The notes below the pieces were generated by a model, which saw only the letters and a program-made list of their open reading frames with translations, did not search any database and had not been told where the DNA came from. A DNA stretch of 64,000 nt from Octopus sinensis (Eukaryota). This document shows positions 1-13,055 of the stretch, piece after piece; the stretch's first letter is position 1, and each line of letters opens with the position of its first letter. The stretch covers positions 7,006,001-7,070,000 of the forward strand of contig NC_043003.1 in NCBI RefSeq assembly GCF_006345805.1. Direction: 5' to 3'. Position numbers and translations under genes: made by a program.

Positions 1-369
1 CTTTCAGTTTCCGTCTACCAAATCCACTCGCAAGGCTTCGGTTGGCCTGAGTCTATAGTAGAAGATACTTGCCCAAGGTGCCACACAGTGGGACTGAACT
101 TCAAACCATGTGGTTGGGAAGCAAGCTTCTTACCACACAGCCACACAGTCTGTGTGTTCAACAATTGTCTCAAACTTTTATCAACCACCCACTCTGATTT
201 CCTCAGTCAATTCAAGTTGTTGTCATTTGTCACAAAGGATGAAAGGTCTGTAGCACTTGAGGGGTGCAAGTCTCATCCCTTACATTAAATTATTTGTCAA
301 AGGAAAAGCCAAGACTTCAAATATCTTTAAACACCATAAAAATTGCAATAATATATATATATATATTTC

Positions 370-630
370 TTCAAGGCAATTTGGTAGCCTTGGAGCTAGT
401 CGCTGTAGTTAAATGGTGTGAACCAAATGCTGTCTCGTTCCAGCATAGTGTAGCTTCGCCACATGGTGGCAGCTTGAGGAGAGATGTGAGAACGCATCTA
501 TTCTGTTCGCTGTCAGCTTCAAGAGAGATCGATGCACGAGAAGTTTTTGCTGCTGGTAGTTTTTTGTGCATGCGCATGAGGGAACTTCTGGTGGCCTCCC
601 GGAAGAAATCCAACTCTGCGCATGCGCGCT
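370..630 (+). promoter_or_regulatory. Candidate promoter/5' UTR of the Ric-8 gene
   Basis: Locally CpG-rich relative to the window. Contains two NRF1-like GCATGCGC motifs (~567-578, ~617-628) and an ETS-like CCGGAAG (~599-605), directly upstream of the candidate first exon. Confidence 0.4.
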
Positions 631-681
631 GAAGACTTCCAGAATGGCATCACTACACATTTAATGTTTATAAATGAAAAG
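622..681 (+). CDS. RIC8: Ric-8/synembryn candidate exon 1 (MRAEDFQNGITTHLMFINEK)
   Basis: ATG at 622, in-frame stop at 577-579 upstream, phase-0 donor AAG|GTAGTG. Joined to exon 2 it gives FINEK-NAMTVNF, resembling the Ric-8 N-terminal F/Y-N-x-K/E-N/H-A/S-x-x-x-x-F pattern. The start position is uncertain. Confidence 0.5.
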
Positions 682-871
682 GTAGTGCTCTTAAACTTAT
701 GCTCACTTCTGCTGAGAACAAGGATGGAATTATTATGGTTAATATTGTTTCGAATTTTGGCACAAAGGCAGCAATTTTAATATTAGTAGAACAGTTGATT
801 GCATCGACCCCAGTACTTGAACTTGCATTCTAGTCTATCAACCTCAAAAGGAGTAAAGGTAAAGTTGACCA

Positions 872-1042
872 GGCGCAGGAGTGGCTGTGTGGTAAGTAGC
901 TTACTAACCAACCACATGGTTCCCAGTTCAGTCCCACTGCGTGGCATCTTGGGCAAGTGTCTTCTGCTATAGCTCCGGGCCGACCAATGCCTTGTGAGTG
1001 GATTTGGTAGACGGAAACTGAAAGAAGTCTGTCGTATATATG

Positions 1043-1075
<33 letters not shown>

Positions 1076-1297
1076 TTGTGTGTCTGTGTTTGTCCACCCA
1101 GCATTGCTTGACAACTGATGCTGGTGTGTTTACGTCCCCATCATTTAGTGGTTCGGCAAAAGAGACCGATAGAATAAGTACTGGGCTTACAAAGAATAAG
1201 TCCCGGGGTCGATTTGCTCAACTAAAGGCGGTGCTCCAGCATAGCCGCAGTCAAATGACTGAAACAAGTAAAAGAGTAAAAGAGAGAGAGTAAAGAG
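872..1297 (+). mobile_element. tRNA-derived SINE family A, full-length young copy
   Basis: GGAGTGGCTGTGTGGTAAG head with GGTTC-type B-box, GGCA(T/C)CTTGGGCAAGTG core, internal (TA)n/(TG)n, 3' AAAAGAGT repeats. Other copies at ~1-140(-), 8545-8890, 9366-9820, 11560-11900(-), 15270-15605, 36360-36740. Confidence 0.85.
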
Positions 1298-2736
1298 CAA
1301 TAATTGAACTCGAAGAGTAATGAGTTGGAAGAGATACCACTAAACACTTTGCCTGACACTCTAAGGATTCTGCCAGATTTCTGCCTTCTGTGTGTGGTTT
1401 ATTTTGAATTGGAATAAAGCAGTGAGCTGGCAGGGTTGTTACTGTGCTAGGCAAAATGCTTGGTGGCATTTCATTATCTTTATGTTCTGAGTTCAAATTC
1501 CACCAGGGCCAGCTATGCCTTTCATCCGAGGGTTGATGTAATTAGAATTTATAAGCCTTATAAACCCTAAAAATTCTCTCTATCACTGCCTATGGGCATA
1601 GCGTAGTGGATAAAGGCATTGGTTAATGTAGTGCAGTCACCTTGAGGTTCTGGGTTCAAACCCAGGCAAAGCACTAAGGAGAATCACAAGACACTTGAAA
1701 AAGGCTGGAGCATACAACAGCCAAAGCACAGTGAAAGCAACAATCGAGATAAGGACACCAGTGTATATAATATATATTTCTCATCTCAGAAATATAGAAT
1801 CGTATTAATCCTACAGTATATTAAATAATCCTACCTACGCAATATTTGCATGTGAAGTATCTGTGTAAACAGAAGCACTTTCATACGAGTACACAAGTGT
1901 TTTTATACTAGTACATAGGCACATACATCTTTAATGCAAGAGCATAGCCATTTGGACTGTAATGTAACCTATTTTTAATTGAATCCTTGGCAAAAAATAT
2001 TTTCATTATTTCCGTTGCACATAAATCACAAGGCTTCTTATTACCATTGTTAGATTTGGCCTTTTTAAGTAATTCCCATCTAAATTAATAAAATTACATT
2101 AAAATTAATAAAATCCCTGTTAATAACATTACAATTTGCATTATAGCTACCTTCAACATGATTAGTACTATTATTATTATTATTATTACATATTAATTTA
2201 ACTCCACTCAGAGATGTTTTACATGAGGTTAGGGGTTGTAGAATAAGATAATTTGACAGTATACCTGTTTAAGTTTTTATAATATCTATGTTCTACTGGA
2301 AAGTGCTTCTTGTGTAAAGAAAATTTTGTGTTTGCAGCTGATAGAAACAGGTTCTCTTTAAAATCGATAAAAACCAATATTTTGCAATAATAGATTGAGT
2401 AACCTTTGAAAATATGTGTACATGTGCTTGCATTAGAATGCAAGTTAATGCAAGTTGGTTTGTATGCATGGATCTTGGATACATATACATGCTTGTATGC
2501 ACATATATGTGTGTGTGTGTAGTATGTAATTATCTGTGTGCCTACAGGTGTGTATATGTGTATTTATATTAGTAGCAATAAAATGTTAATTGGGAAAGTT
2601 GCATCACATGATGATAATAGAAAATTACAGGACAAAATAAAATCAAGATATGTAGAAAATCTTTTGATTGAGACAAGATGTGCAAGGAATAACACTAAGA
2701 GGAAAATAATAATAATAATGATAATAATAATAAATG

Positions 2737-3270
2737 CCCTGATGCAGTACCAGACAGTGGCTCTCATGGCTCCTGATCTTAACTGATTGGAAGTGTTATC
2801 ATGTACATTGTTTTGTCTTGGTATAAAAGTTGTCTTGGTATAAAAGTTGGGCTGCAGCAAATATTCTGCTCAATACTGCAGATTTGCTTGTCAGTTGTTT
2901 GACCTTAACCAGTTGAGCATGTCCCTTAGTGGCTGACGATATGTGCATCTCTGATCATGAGCAGAAGTAGTGGGGGAACATCATAGCCATACGTTGAGAG
3001 GAATTCTTTGGAGTTTGAATAATTCAGCTCTGGAAACATGGGTGTTTCGTTCAACATCCTTAAATAACCCTTATTCAGGGACCTTTTGAGTGGGATGGAT
3101 TACTCGACCAGAAGAAAATTCTAACTGGGCTCCACCATGTTGTGCACTTATGGTTGTGATGCATGTGCCTAGTGTACCCTTATCAGACGGGTAGTCATGA
3201 TGGGTATACTGGACTTTGTATATTTTACCCCAGTGTCATTTTGATGGCATGAACTGCTCTCTCACTCAAT
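2737..3270. repeat. Unclassified interspersed repeat bounded by (AAT)n tracts
   Basis: Sharp (AAT)n boundaries on both sides and an internal 17-bp tandem duplication TTGTCTTGGTATAAAAG. Only one copy in the window, so the repeat status is inferred. Confidence 0.4.
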
Positions 3271-6053
3271 AATAATAATAATAATAATGATAATAATGTT
3301 TGGTCTTTCATTCAATTAAAAACAGAAAAAAGTGAGATTGAAAAGAGAAAAGCAGATTGAAGAAGACAAGAAATGAAGGAGGATAGAGGCAATAGTGTTT
3401 CTCCTCCCCGCAACCTTTGTCTTTCCTTCAGCAGAAGATAATAAATTGGGGGAGGGAGAGAAAGAAAGAGTAGACAATATTACTAACAGTAAATAGAGAG
3501 TGCAGATTAAGAAGAGAGTAATGCACAAAGTGCTGGAGAGTCAGTGAATATGAGAGGAGATAGGAGACAGAAAGTGAGGTTGAGTGAGGCAGTGGGGCCT
3601 TCTTAGTAAAAGCCCCAGTGAGCAGGAGAGAGAAAGGGTAGACAAAAGCAGTAATAGTAGAGAGGAAGATAGATGGAGATTGTGAAAGAGGGAGAGTGGA
3701 GGATAGATGATACTGGTGGCAGTAAAGAAAGATAGAAAGAGAAAGAGAGAAATGTTAATAGTGATAATAGAGAGGAAGAAGAAGAAGAGAACCTGTCACA
3801 GAATTTGATAACAAATTATCATTAAGAAAACAGAGCGGCATTAAGAAAACATAGATATTATAAAAACTTAAACAGGTATACTGTCAAATTATCTTATTCT
3901 ACAACCCCTAACCTCAAATATGAAATATAGAAAAGTATTCACAGAGAGAGAGAGAGATGACGACAGTTTGCTACAATCATTACGGTAGATGATAGAATTA
4001 AAGGTTTTGCTGCTTCCTTACTTTAAAAGACCATAAGTTTGCTTCAGTTTGCTGTAAATGTAGGATTATTAACCCTTTCATTACCGTATTTCTGTTGAGA
4101 TGCTCTCTGTTTATTTCAATTACTTTTAAATATAACAAAGAATTTAGTAAAATAACTTAGTTATCATTAAGCTAGTGTTAGGAACATAAGTTGTGACTAA
4201 GGTTTGATGGAAGATTTTAATTTAAAACTTAGCAAAACAAGACATTTGTACTACAGAGCCAGAGGCGGTTTCGGCTGGGTTGGTAATGAAAGGGGGTTAA
4301 GAATTGTTTCTTTATTATATACTTTAATTGTTTTGTAACCATATTTCTGTTGAGATGCTCCGAGTTTCTTTCAAATAATTTTAAATATAACAAAGGATTT
4401 AGTAAAATAACTTAGTTATCATTAAGCTAGTGTTAGGAACATAAATTGTGACTAAGGTTTGGTGGAAGATTTTAATTAAAACCTTTTGAAAACAAGACAT
4501 TTGTACTCAAAGCCAGAGGCAGTTTCAGTCGGGTTGGTATCGAAAGGGTTAATCCTACTAAGAATGAAGTAGACAGAGTTAGCAAGGTTACACTCAATCC
4601 AATAAATAATTGTGTTATAATAAAAATTGTTAATCTTCCTCTCTGGAAAAATAGTGCATTGGGCTCCTGTGTATGCTGTGACCAGGTTGCCATGATTGGA
4701 TGCCATTCCTAAAGCTGACCACTTTACAGAGTGTACTGGGTGCTTTTCTCATGGCACCAGAACTAGTGAGATCACCAAGTACTTACAAGACAAGACTCCT
4801 TGATGGAGTTGCGGTGCAGAATTGAGGGAAGTGGCATTGTGCCAGGTGTTGGTACGTTAAAGCATGGAAGGGGGACAGAAATAGATGTCTTGCTGCTGAG
4901 GTGATACATGGTTCAGCTTCTTGTCCCTTTTCCTGCCACTTGAACAGGAAAAGGTGAAAGGATGCTGGAAATGAGGCATCAGAGCATGCCCTCAAGGTAC
5001 AAGACTGTGGATAAGGAGAGAGTAGAGATAGAGAATCAAAGATGACTGAGAATTCGAAAGGAGAGGGACACACTGTAGAGATGAGGATGGGAGCAATTGC
5101 AGTGAGTGAATGATGAACATGGATGTTAGCAGGGACAATGGGGAATCTCCGTTTGGAACAATGTAAGGAAAATAAGGGAGGATCAAAGAAGAGGTTCTAC
5201 ATAAAAGGGGGCTGGAGAATGACAGTATAATAAAACTGGAGATAGATGATAAATAGGGAGATCATCATCATCATCATCGTTTAACGTCCGCTTTCCATGT
5301 TAGCATGGGTTGGATGATTTGACTGAGGACTGGCGAACCAGATGGCTGCACCAGACTCCAATCTGATCTGGCAGAGTTTCTACAGCTGGATGCCCTTCCT
5401 AACGCCAACCACTCCAAGAGTGTAGTGGGTGCTTTTATGTGCCACCAGCACGAGGGCCAGTCAGGCGGTACTGGCAACGGCCACGCTCAAATGCTGTTTT
5501 TTATGTGCCACCTGCACAGGAGTGAGTCCAGCGGCACAGGCAACAACCTCGCTCGAATGTTTTTTGTTTTTATTGAAAGAAAAGGCATGGTGGCAGAGGT
5601 ACACCGGGTGGATATAGTGAGTTACAATAAAAAGGAGGGTGTCAGGGTGAAACATGAGAGGGTGTTCATGGAAAAGGGACGTTCAGTGTAAATATAGTGG
5701 CAAGGGATGGTGCTGGGAGTTCATTCATGTGTGTGTGTGTTTCCATGGGCATTCATATATGTACTTACTAGTGGTTTGGTTAGATTACTCCATAAGGAAT
5801 ATCAGGCTTGGTTTCCCAGTTTCTCTGGACAGGTCAACAGTGTCTATTGCTGGATTACTCATTTTTACCAGCTGAGTGGACTTGAGCAACATGAAATGAA
5901 GTGTCTTGCTCAAGGACACAATGCATTACTTGGTCCAGGAATAGAAACCACAATCTTGCAATCATGAGTGCAACACTCCTAACCACTAAGCCATGCTCCT
6001 CCACTTACTACAGGTTTGTTTCACTGTATATATTAATATTGTTCCTTAAAAGA

Positions 6054-6288
6054 AAGGCGGCGAGCTGGCAGAAACGTTAGCATGCTGGGCGAAATGCTTA
6101 GCAGTATTTCGTCTGCCATTACGTTCTGAGTTCAAATTCCACCAAGGTCGACTTTGCTTTTCATCCTTTTGGGGTCAATTAAATAAAGTACCAGTTTCAT
6201 ACTGGGGTCGATGTAATCAACTTAATCCGTTTGTCTGTCCTTGTTTGTCCCCTCTGTGTTTAGCCCCTTGTGGGCAATAAAGAAATAT
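6054..6288 (+). mobile_element. SINE family B (GGCGGCGAGCTGGCAG head) with 17-bp TSD
   Basis: Direct repeat ATATTGTTCCTTAAAAG at 6036-6052 and 6289-6305. Reverse copies at ~16750-16980 and ~35318-35541. Confidence 0.85.
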
Positions 6289-8899
6289 ATATTGTTCCTT
6301 AAAAGGAAGAACTTTAACCTTTGACCAGGGCTTTTCCTGGAATAGAAAACCCATGTTCTACACATATTTCATTATAAATGTGGCTTGGACACAGCTAGGT
6401 TTATGTGACAAAAGAAACCAGCAGGATTAGACTACATCATCATCGTTCAACATCTGCCTTCCATGCTGGCATGTGTTGGACGGTTTGACAGGAGCTGGTA
6501 AGGCCAGGAGCTGCACCAGACTCCTGTTTCTGTATTGGCATGGATTTTATGGCTGGATGCCCTTCCTAACACCCACCACTCCAAGAGTGAACTGAGTGCT
6601 TTTTTATGTGGCACCAGCATAGGTGAGGTCAGTTTTGGCATGATTTTTCACAGCTGGATGCCCTTCCAAATGCCAACCACTTTACAGTGTGTACTGGATG
6701 CTTTTTACATGGTACCAGCACTGGCATGGTCACCAAGTAACTTATAAAATAGCAAAAGATTGGATGGCAACAAGCTTCATGCTCTGAGACAGCATGTCTC
6801 TGATCTGGGAGGCAACCTGCTGCAATAATTTCTCTGGTGGAAACCTGGTGAAATCTACTATTACTGCTTTTGTTTACCCTTTCTCTGTCCTGTTCACTGG
6901 GGTTTTTACTAAGAAGGCACCACTGCCTCAGTCAACCTCACTTTCTGTCTCCTATCTCTTCTCATATTCACTCACTCTCCAGCACTTTGTGCATTATTCT
7001 CTGGTGGCAACCTGGTGAAATCAGCATTAAGCCCAGGTTTTTTGGTGCCATATAAAAGGCACTCATATGGGTGCCACTTAAAGAGTACCTGTGCTGGTGT
7101 CATTTAAAAATCACTGGTGCTGATGCCACATATAAATCACCCATGCTGGTGCTACATAAAATGTATCTGGTACACTCTGTAAAATGGCTGGTATTAGGAA
7201 GAGCATCCAACCATTGAGACCATGCTACAGCAGACAATTGGAGCCTGGTGGATCTCTCTAGCTTGCCAGCTCCTGTGAAAGCATCCAACCCATGCCAGCA
7301 CAAAAAACAAACATTAACTGATGATGATGATGATGATGATGATGATGAGGCAGAGGCTAGCAAACGTAATCCCAATTGCTCTTTGATATTTTTTTTTCAA
7401 AAAGGTTTCCTACCCTCGGTCCCTGTAGCACCTTCCTACTCAGTTTGATTAGGATAGAGTTTGCCAACTACAAGAACGGCCCTTTTAAGGTAGAATGGCT
7501 TTTTTAGGACATCTTTGGAGTAACATTTTCATTATTCAGTCTGCCAAAATTACAGAGTATTTGCATAACTCACTGTAATATATATGTTTTGCAAACAACT
7601 TGCACATGCAAGTGCTACCAGTCAAGAGCTCCGCATAACGGAATCCAGCAAGTGTATGGGGTCATCGGGAGAGAATGCACGCCATTTTGGGGCCTACCTC
7701 AATGGCATCAATGTGTACCGGCCCCCCTCGTTGATATGAGGCGCCACTTGCTCAATCAACTGGTTATCAAATAGAGCACAATATTCTTCTAGCCATTGCT
7801 CATCATCTCTTTTTAGCCAAATCAAGTGGCTAGCCTCTTCCACTGTAGTTTAGATGTCAATCATGGTGGTCATGTGATTGATTTATGATTAAAGTTTAAT
7901 TATTGCTGATATGATTCTTACTGGGAATGTTTATACTTCTTTTTATCTTCTTTTATTTTAGTCATTGAACAGTGGCCATGCTGGGGCACCACTGTGAAAG
8001 GTTTAGTGAGCAAATCAACCCTAATACTTTTTTTTATCATATCCTGGTACTCACTCTGTTGGTCTCTTTTGCCAAACTGCTAAGTTCAGGAGATGTAAAC
8101 AAATCAACACTGATTGTCAAATAACACACACACACACAGACATTTATATCCAACCCATACCAGCATGGAAAAGTGGACGTTAAATGATGATGATGATGGT
8201 GATCATGATCATCATCATCATCATCGTTTAACGTCCGCTTTCCATGCTAGCATGGGTTGGACAGTTCAACTGGGGTCTGGGGAGCCCGAAGGCTGCACCA
8301 GGCCAGTCAGATCTGGCAGTGTTTCTACAGCTGGATGCCCTTCCTAACGCCAACCACTCCGAGAGTGTAGTGGGTGATTTTATGTGCCACTGACACAGGT
8401 GCCAGACGAGGCTGGCGAACAGCCACGCTCGGATGGTGTTTTTATGTGCCACCGACACAGGTGCCAGACGAGGCTGGCAGACGGCCACGCTCGGATGGTG
8501 TTTTTATGTGCCACCAACACAGGTGCCAGATGAGGCTAGGCACAAGAGTGGCTGTGTGGTAAGAAGCTTACTTACCAACCACATGGTTCAGTCCCACTGC
8601 ATGGCACCTTGGGCAGGTGTCTTCTATTATAGCCTTAGGCCAACCAAAGCCTTGTGAGTGGATTTGATAGACAGAAACTGAAAGAAGCCTTTTGTATACA
8701 TATGGAGATATATTTATGTGTTTGTGTTTGTCCCTCCCATCATCACTCAACAACCGGTGTTGGTGTGTTTATGTCCCTGTGACTTAGCAGTTCAGCAAAA
8801 GAGTATGATAGAATAAGTACCTGGGGTGGATTCATTTGACTAAAAATTCAATGTGGTGCCTCAGCATGGACACTGTCAAATGACCAACACAGATAAAAG

Positions 8900-8967
<68 letters not shown>

Positions 8968-9549
8968 TGATGAACTTCCACTCATCTTCTGTTGACCAAA
9001 TCCCACTCACAAAGGCTTTGGTCAGTCCTGAACTATAGCAGAAGATACTTGTCCAAGGTGCCATGTACTAGAACTGAACCCAAGACGATGTTGTTGCAAA
9101 GCCCCTCCCTAACCGTGTAGCCATGCTGGTGCTTGTAATTTAAAGAGAAAAATGTTAGCTTTTTTGTACATAATAATTTGTAGTTTGTGAAAGAATTAAG
9201 AAGAATTTTTGAGAGACTGATTGTTAATGAAGGCATAAAATTGGTGCTTATTACTAACTCTCACTGATCAACAGAAGGCAGCATGTATAATTCTATAAAA
9301 TGTACCTCTTTGATTCTTGAAACCATTACAGATTCATTGCTTGCAATAAAGCTATTCAGAGTATAGGTGTAGGAGTGTCTGTGTGGTAAGTAGCTTGCTT
9401 ATGAACCACATAGTTCCGGGTTCAGTCCCACTGCATGGCACCTTGGGCAAGTGTCTTCTACTATAGCCTTGGGCCGACCAAAGCCTTGTGAGTGGATTTG
9501 GTAGACGGAAACTGAAAAGAAGCCCATCATATGTATGTATGTATGTATG

Positions 9550-9605
<56 letters not shown>

Positions 9606-9970
9606 ATGTTTGTGTGTTTGTGTTTGTCCCCCAACATCGCTTGACAACCGATGCTGGTGTGTTTACATCCCCGTAACTTAGTGGTTCGGCAAAAGAGACT
9701 GATAGAATAAGTACTAGGCTTCCAAAGAATAAGTCCTGGGGGTGATTTGCTCAACTAAAGGCGGTGCTCTAGCATGGCCACAGTCACATGACTGAAACAA
9801 GTAAAAGAGTAAAGAGAGAGTATTCTTTGTCATCAAATATTATGTTTATGTATTTGTCATATTTCTTGAGACATACCAATGTCATATCATCCAGTTGGTG
9901 TCTAGAAATCATTCTAATCAATTCAAATATTGTTTCCATTTTGCTATTGTCTTCTTTTCTGTTCTTTCAG

Positions 9971-10018
9971 AATGCCATGACAGTGAACTTTCCTTCTACA
10001 AAAGATTCTCAGACCCAG
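9971..10018 (+). CDS. RIC8: Ric-8 exon 2 (NAMTVNFPSTKDSQTQ)
   Basis: Long pyrimidine tract ending TTTCAG, donor CAG|GTATTT, 48 nt, phase 0-0, in frame with exon 3. Confidence 0.75.
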
Positions 10019-10685
10019 GTATTTAATGTCTGTTTATAAATCTGTTTATTACATATTGAAATTATGTAGGTTTTACTTATTACATAGCGTAAATAATACA
10101 GGTATTGTTTACATTATGTATATGGATGCTAAATGTTTAAAAAAAATCAAGTTTCCCGTGCCAGTAGCACATAAAAAGCACCATCCGAATGTGGCTGATG
10201 CCAGTGCTGCCTGACTGGCTCCTGTGCCAGTGGCATGTAAAAAGCACCCACTACACTCTCGGAGTGGTTGACGTTAGGAAGGGCATCCAGCTGTAGAAAC
10301 TCTGCCAGATCAGATTGGAGCCTGGTGCAGCCTCCTGGCTTGCCAGTCCCCAGTCAAACCGTCTAACCCATGCCAGCATGGAAAACGGACGTTAAACAAT
10401 AATGATGACAAGAAAGTAAATTTCAAACCCATTATAGCTGTGAAAACAGCAGAAAGATAGGGTATTTTTCTGTCTTATTAGGGTAAAAATACCCAATCTT
10501 TCTGATGTTTTCACAGCTGTTCTGCGTTTGAAATTTACTTTCTTGTTTTGTAAAATACCAAACACATTTGACACTTGCAAAGGATATAACTTGGTATAAA
10601 CATTATTAGGAAAATTTTCCCACCTTATTTCATAGTTCATAATCAAAAAGTAAAAAAAAAAACTGGAAATTATTTTCTATATTGG

Positions 10686-11215
10686 ATGTCTGGAGATATG
10701 CTGTGACTGCGAAGACCCGACAAATAACGTGAGTTCATGGCTGTTTCCTGCACCAGCTTCACATAGCAGCCCCAGCCCATCCAAAGTACCTTGGATCGTA
10801 GGGTGACCTGCTGTGCTTGAGGAGACCTATTGAGTCAAGTTCATCAACATGAAAAAAATCAAATGGAAATTGTAGTTGTGATACCTGTGCTGGTGGCACG
10901 TTAAAAGCACCATCCGTATGTGGCCGATGCCAGTGCTGCCTTGACTGGCTTCTGTGCCAGTGGCACGTAAAAAGCACCAATTGATTGTGGCCGTTGCCAG
11001 TCTCCCCTGGCACCTGTGCCGGTGGCATGCAAAAAGCACCCACTACACTCACAGAGTGGTTGGCATTAGGAAGGGCATCCAGCTGTAGAAACTCTGCCAG
11101 ATCAGACTGAGCCTGGCGCAGCCTTCTGGCTTCCCAGACCCTGGTCGAACCGTCCAACCTATGCTAGCATGGAAAATGGACGTTAAACGATGATGATAAT
11201 GAAGATGATGATGAT
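10686..11215 (+). mobile_element. RTE LINE 3' end (same family as 45995-46690)
   Basis: Begins with ...WRYAVTAKTRQI* codons and ends GGACGTTAAACGATGATG. Over 20 shorter copies in the window, e.g. 5262-5570, 8205-8540, 10150-10405, 14690-15040, 18020-18345, 25610-26200, 35995-36250, 36868-37372, 44455-44765, 51265-51590. Confidence 0.8.
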
Positions 11216-11246
11216 TAATTATATATTATTTTGTTTCTTTAACCAG

Positions 11247-11466
11247 GAAATTATTGCAGCTCTTTGTCAAAAACTTGGAGAAAAACGATCGGCTCGCTGC
11301 AACTCTGAGTGTCTAAAAACCATTCGCATCTTTAGCCGTGATACGGTCTTGGCAGATGTTTTGGCTCTTGACTCTACATTGACTCTGTTGATGACTCATG
11401 CCTGGTTTCACCAAACCGCTGAGGAGAGTGACAAAATAACCACTTTGAAGGATGAGGACACGGAAG
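11247..11466 (+). CDS. RIC8: Ric-8 exon 3 (EIIAALCQKL...CLKTIRIFSRD...DEDTE)
   Basis: AACCAG acceptor, G|GTAATC donor, phase 0-1. CLKTIRIFSRD matches the Ric-8 L-x-x-(I/V)-R-I-L-S-R-D motif. Confidence 0.9.
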
Positions 11467-12065
11467 GTAATCTCTCGTTTTGCATATCAGTGTATGTGTG
11501 TATGTGTGTCTGTGTGCGCGTGCGTGCCTTTTACTTTTTATTTGTATCAGTCATTGGACTGTGGCCATGCTGGGGTACCATCTTGAAGGGTTCAGTTGAA
11601 CAAATTGACCCCACTACCTATTTTTTAAAAGTCTGGTACATATTCTATCAGTGTCTGAACCACTAGTTACAGGGATGTAAACAAACCAACATTGGTTGTA
11701 AAGCTTTAGGTGGGTGACACAACTGCAAAGACAGCCACACACACATACACATGATGGGCTTCCACACAGTTTCTGTTTAACAAATTTACTTGCAAGGCTT
11801 TTGTTGGCCTGGGCTATGATAGAAGATTCTTGCCCAAGGTGCCTTGCAGTGGGACTGAACCTAAAAACCTCACAGTTAAAGCAAACCTCTTACTCCATAG
11901 TCATGCCTATAACTACATCTGTACCAATGCCACACCAACAGCCAATAGCCTGGAAATTTAGATGCAGAAACATTAGAGGAAAAACTGAAAATGTAGAGCA
12001 GAAACTGCTTAAATAAAAGAAAAACTCAAATTGTGATTGTCATAAATTTATGACATAATTATATA

Positions 12066-12414
12066 TCTCTCTCTATATAAAGCTTAAGTTGTCCATGTAT
12101 GGCAGGTTTGGTAGCCTTCAACTAACACTATCTCCTCCGAGACCCTGTGGTACAAGTTGGCCGAAATTGAGAGTATGATAGAAGAGGGCTTAACACCAAA
12201 AATTATTTACATCAAAAAGATGCTTTTTTTTCTATGAAAATCCCTATTTTTACGATTTTTTTACTGCTGTGTCACCATTTTTCGGTGTATTTCAGCCAGA
12301 AAAATGTTCACTTAAAGAGAATAACAAGCTACATAATGGAAAACTTTTACTTTTCAAAAATTCTAATTCTAAAGGGTCAAAACAAACTCGAGCAATGCCG
12401 GGCGATACTGCTAG
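12066..12414 (+). mobile_element. Probable non-autonomous Helitron
   Basis: 5' TCTATATAAAG-type start and a 3' GC-rich GCAATGCCGGGCG followed by CTAG|T, the usual Helitron end pattern. Confidence 0.55.
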
Positions 12415-12742
12415 TATAAATATATATGCTGAACAGGAGAATACATGTTTCACTACTTTATCCCATTCAGTTGTAGGGACCTTGTTTTGTGATTACTTGG
12501 TAACTCACTAATGCTGGTGCCAGTAAAAAAAAAATCCCCCAGTACACTCTGGAAAGGGGTTGGCATTAGGAAGGGCATCCAGCTATAGAAACCATATGTA
12601 GACATTGAAGCTCAATGCAGCCGTCTTACTTGTCAGTTGCTGTTGAATTGTCTGACCCATGCCAGCATGGAATGTAGATGTTAAATGATGTTGATGAAGA
12701 TGATGGTGGAACATTGAGTGATCTTATTTTGTTCTTCTTCAG

Positions 12743-12812
12743 TTATAATTGAAGCCCAGAAGTGTCTTTGTAACATCATATATAACAGTAAAAAAGCTCA
12801 ACATATTTGTAG
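12743..12812 (+). CDS. RIC8: Ric-8 exon 4 (VIIEAQKCLCNIIYNSKKAQHIC)
   Basis: TTCTTCAG acceptor, AG|GTAAGT donor, phase 1-2. Carries the Ric-8 EA-x-KCLCN motif. Confidence 0.95.
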
Positions 12813-13010
12813 GTAAGTCTTATATTTTTAAAAACCTTTTCTCGTTTTTTTTTGTCTTTGAATTGTAAGATTCTTGTTGTAAACAGGTTTTGTTATGTAT
12901 TGGGAGGGTCATTATGTCAATAATAAACACATGCACTGATTTTATTTCACAGATGCACACACACACATGTGTATGTGTGTATGTATGTATGTATGTATGT
13001 ATATATATAT

Positions 13011-13046
<36 letters not shown>

Positions 13047-13055
<9 letters not shown>

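Noticed and set aside
452-466. CTCF-like motif CCACATGGTGGCAG
   Set aside because: A single imperfect match that cannot be distinguished from chance without ChIP data.
371-613. Minus-strand 80-aa ORF (MDFFREATRSS...) and overlapping plus-strand ORF 264-632
   Set aside because: No recognisable homology or convincing splice sites. Better explained as promoter/5' UTR sequence.
1596-1682. tRNA-like sequence with A and B boxes
   Set aside because: It does not fold into a full cloverleaf, so it is more likely a decayed SINE head than a tRNA gene.
8330-8540. Repeat-spacer-like ~60-bp units in the abundant repeat
   Set aside because: The 'spacers' are homologous to one another and belong to the RTE 3' UTR.
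9184-9265. Alternative candidate for Ric-8 exon 1 (FVKELRRIFERL...)
   Set aside because: No good in-frame donor and a poorer match to the Ric-8 N-terminus than 622-681.
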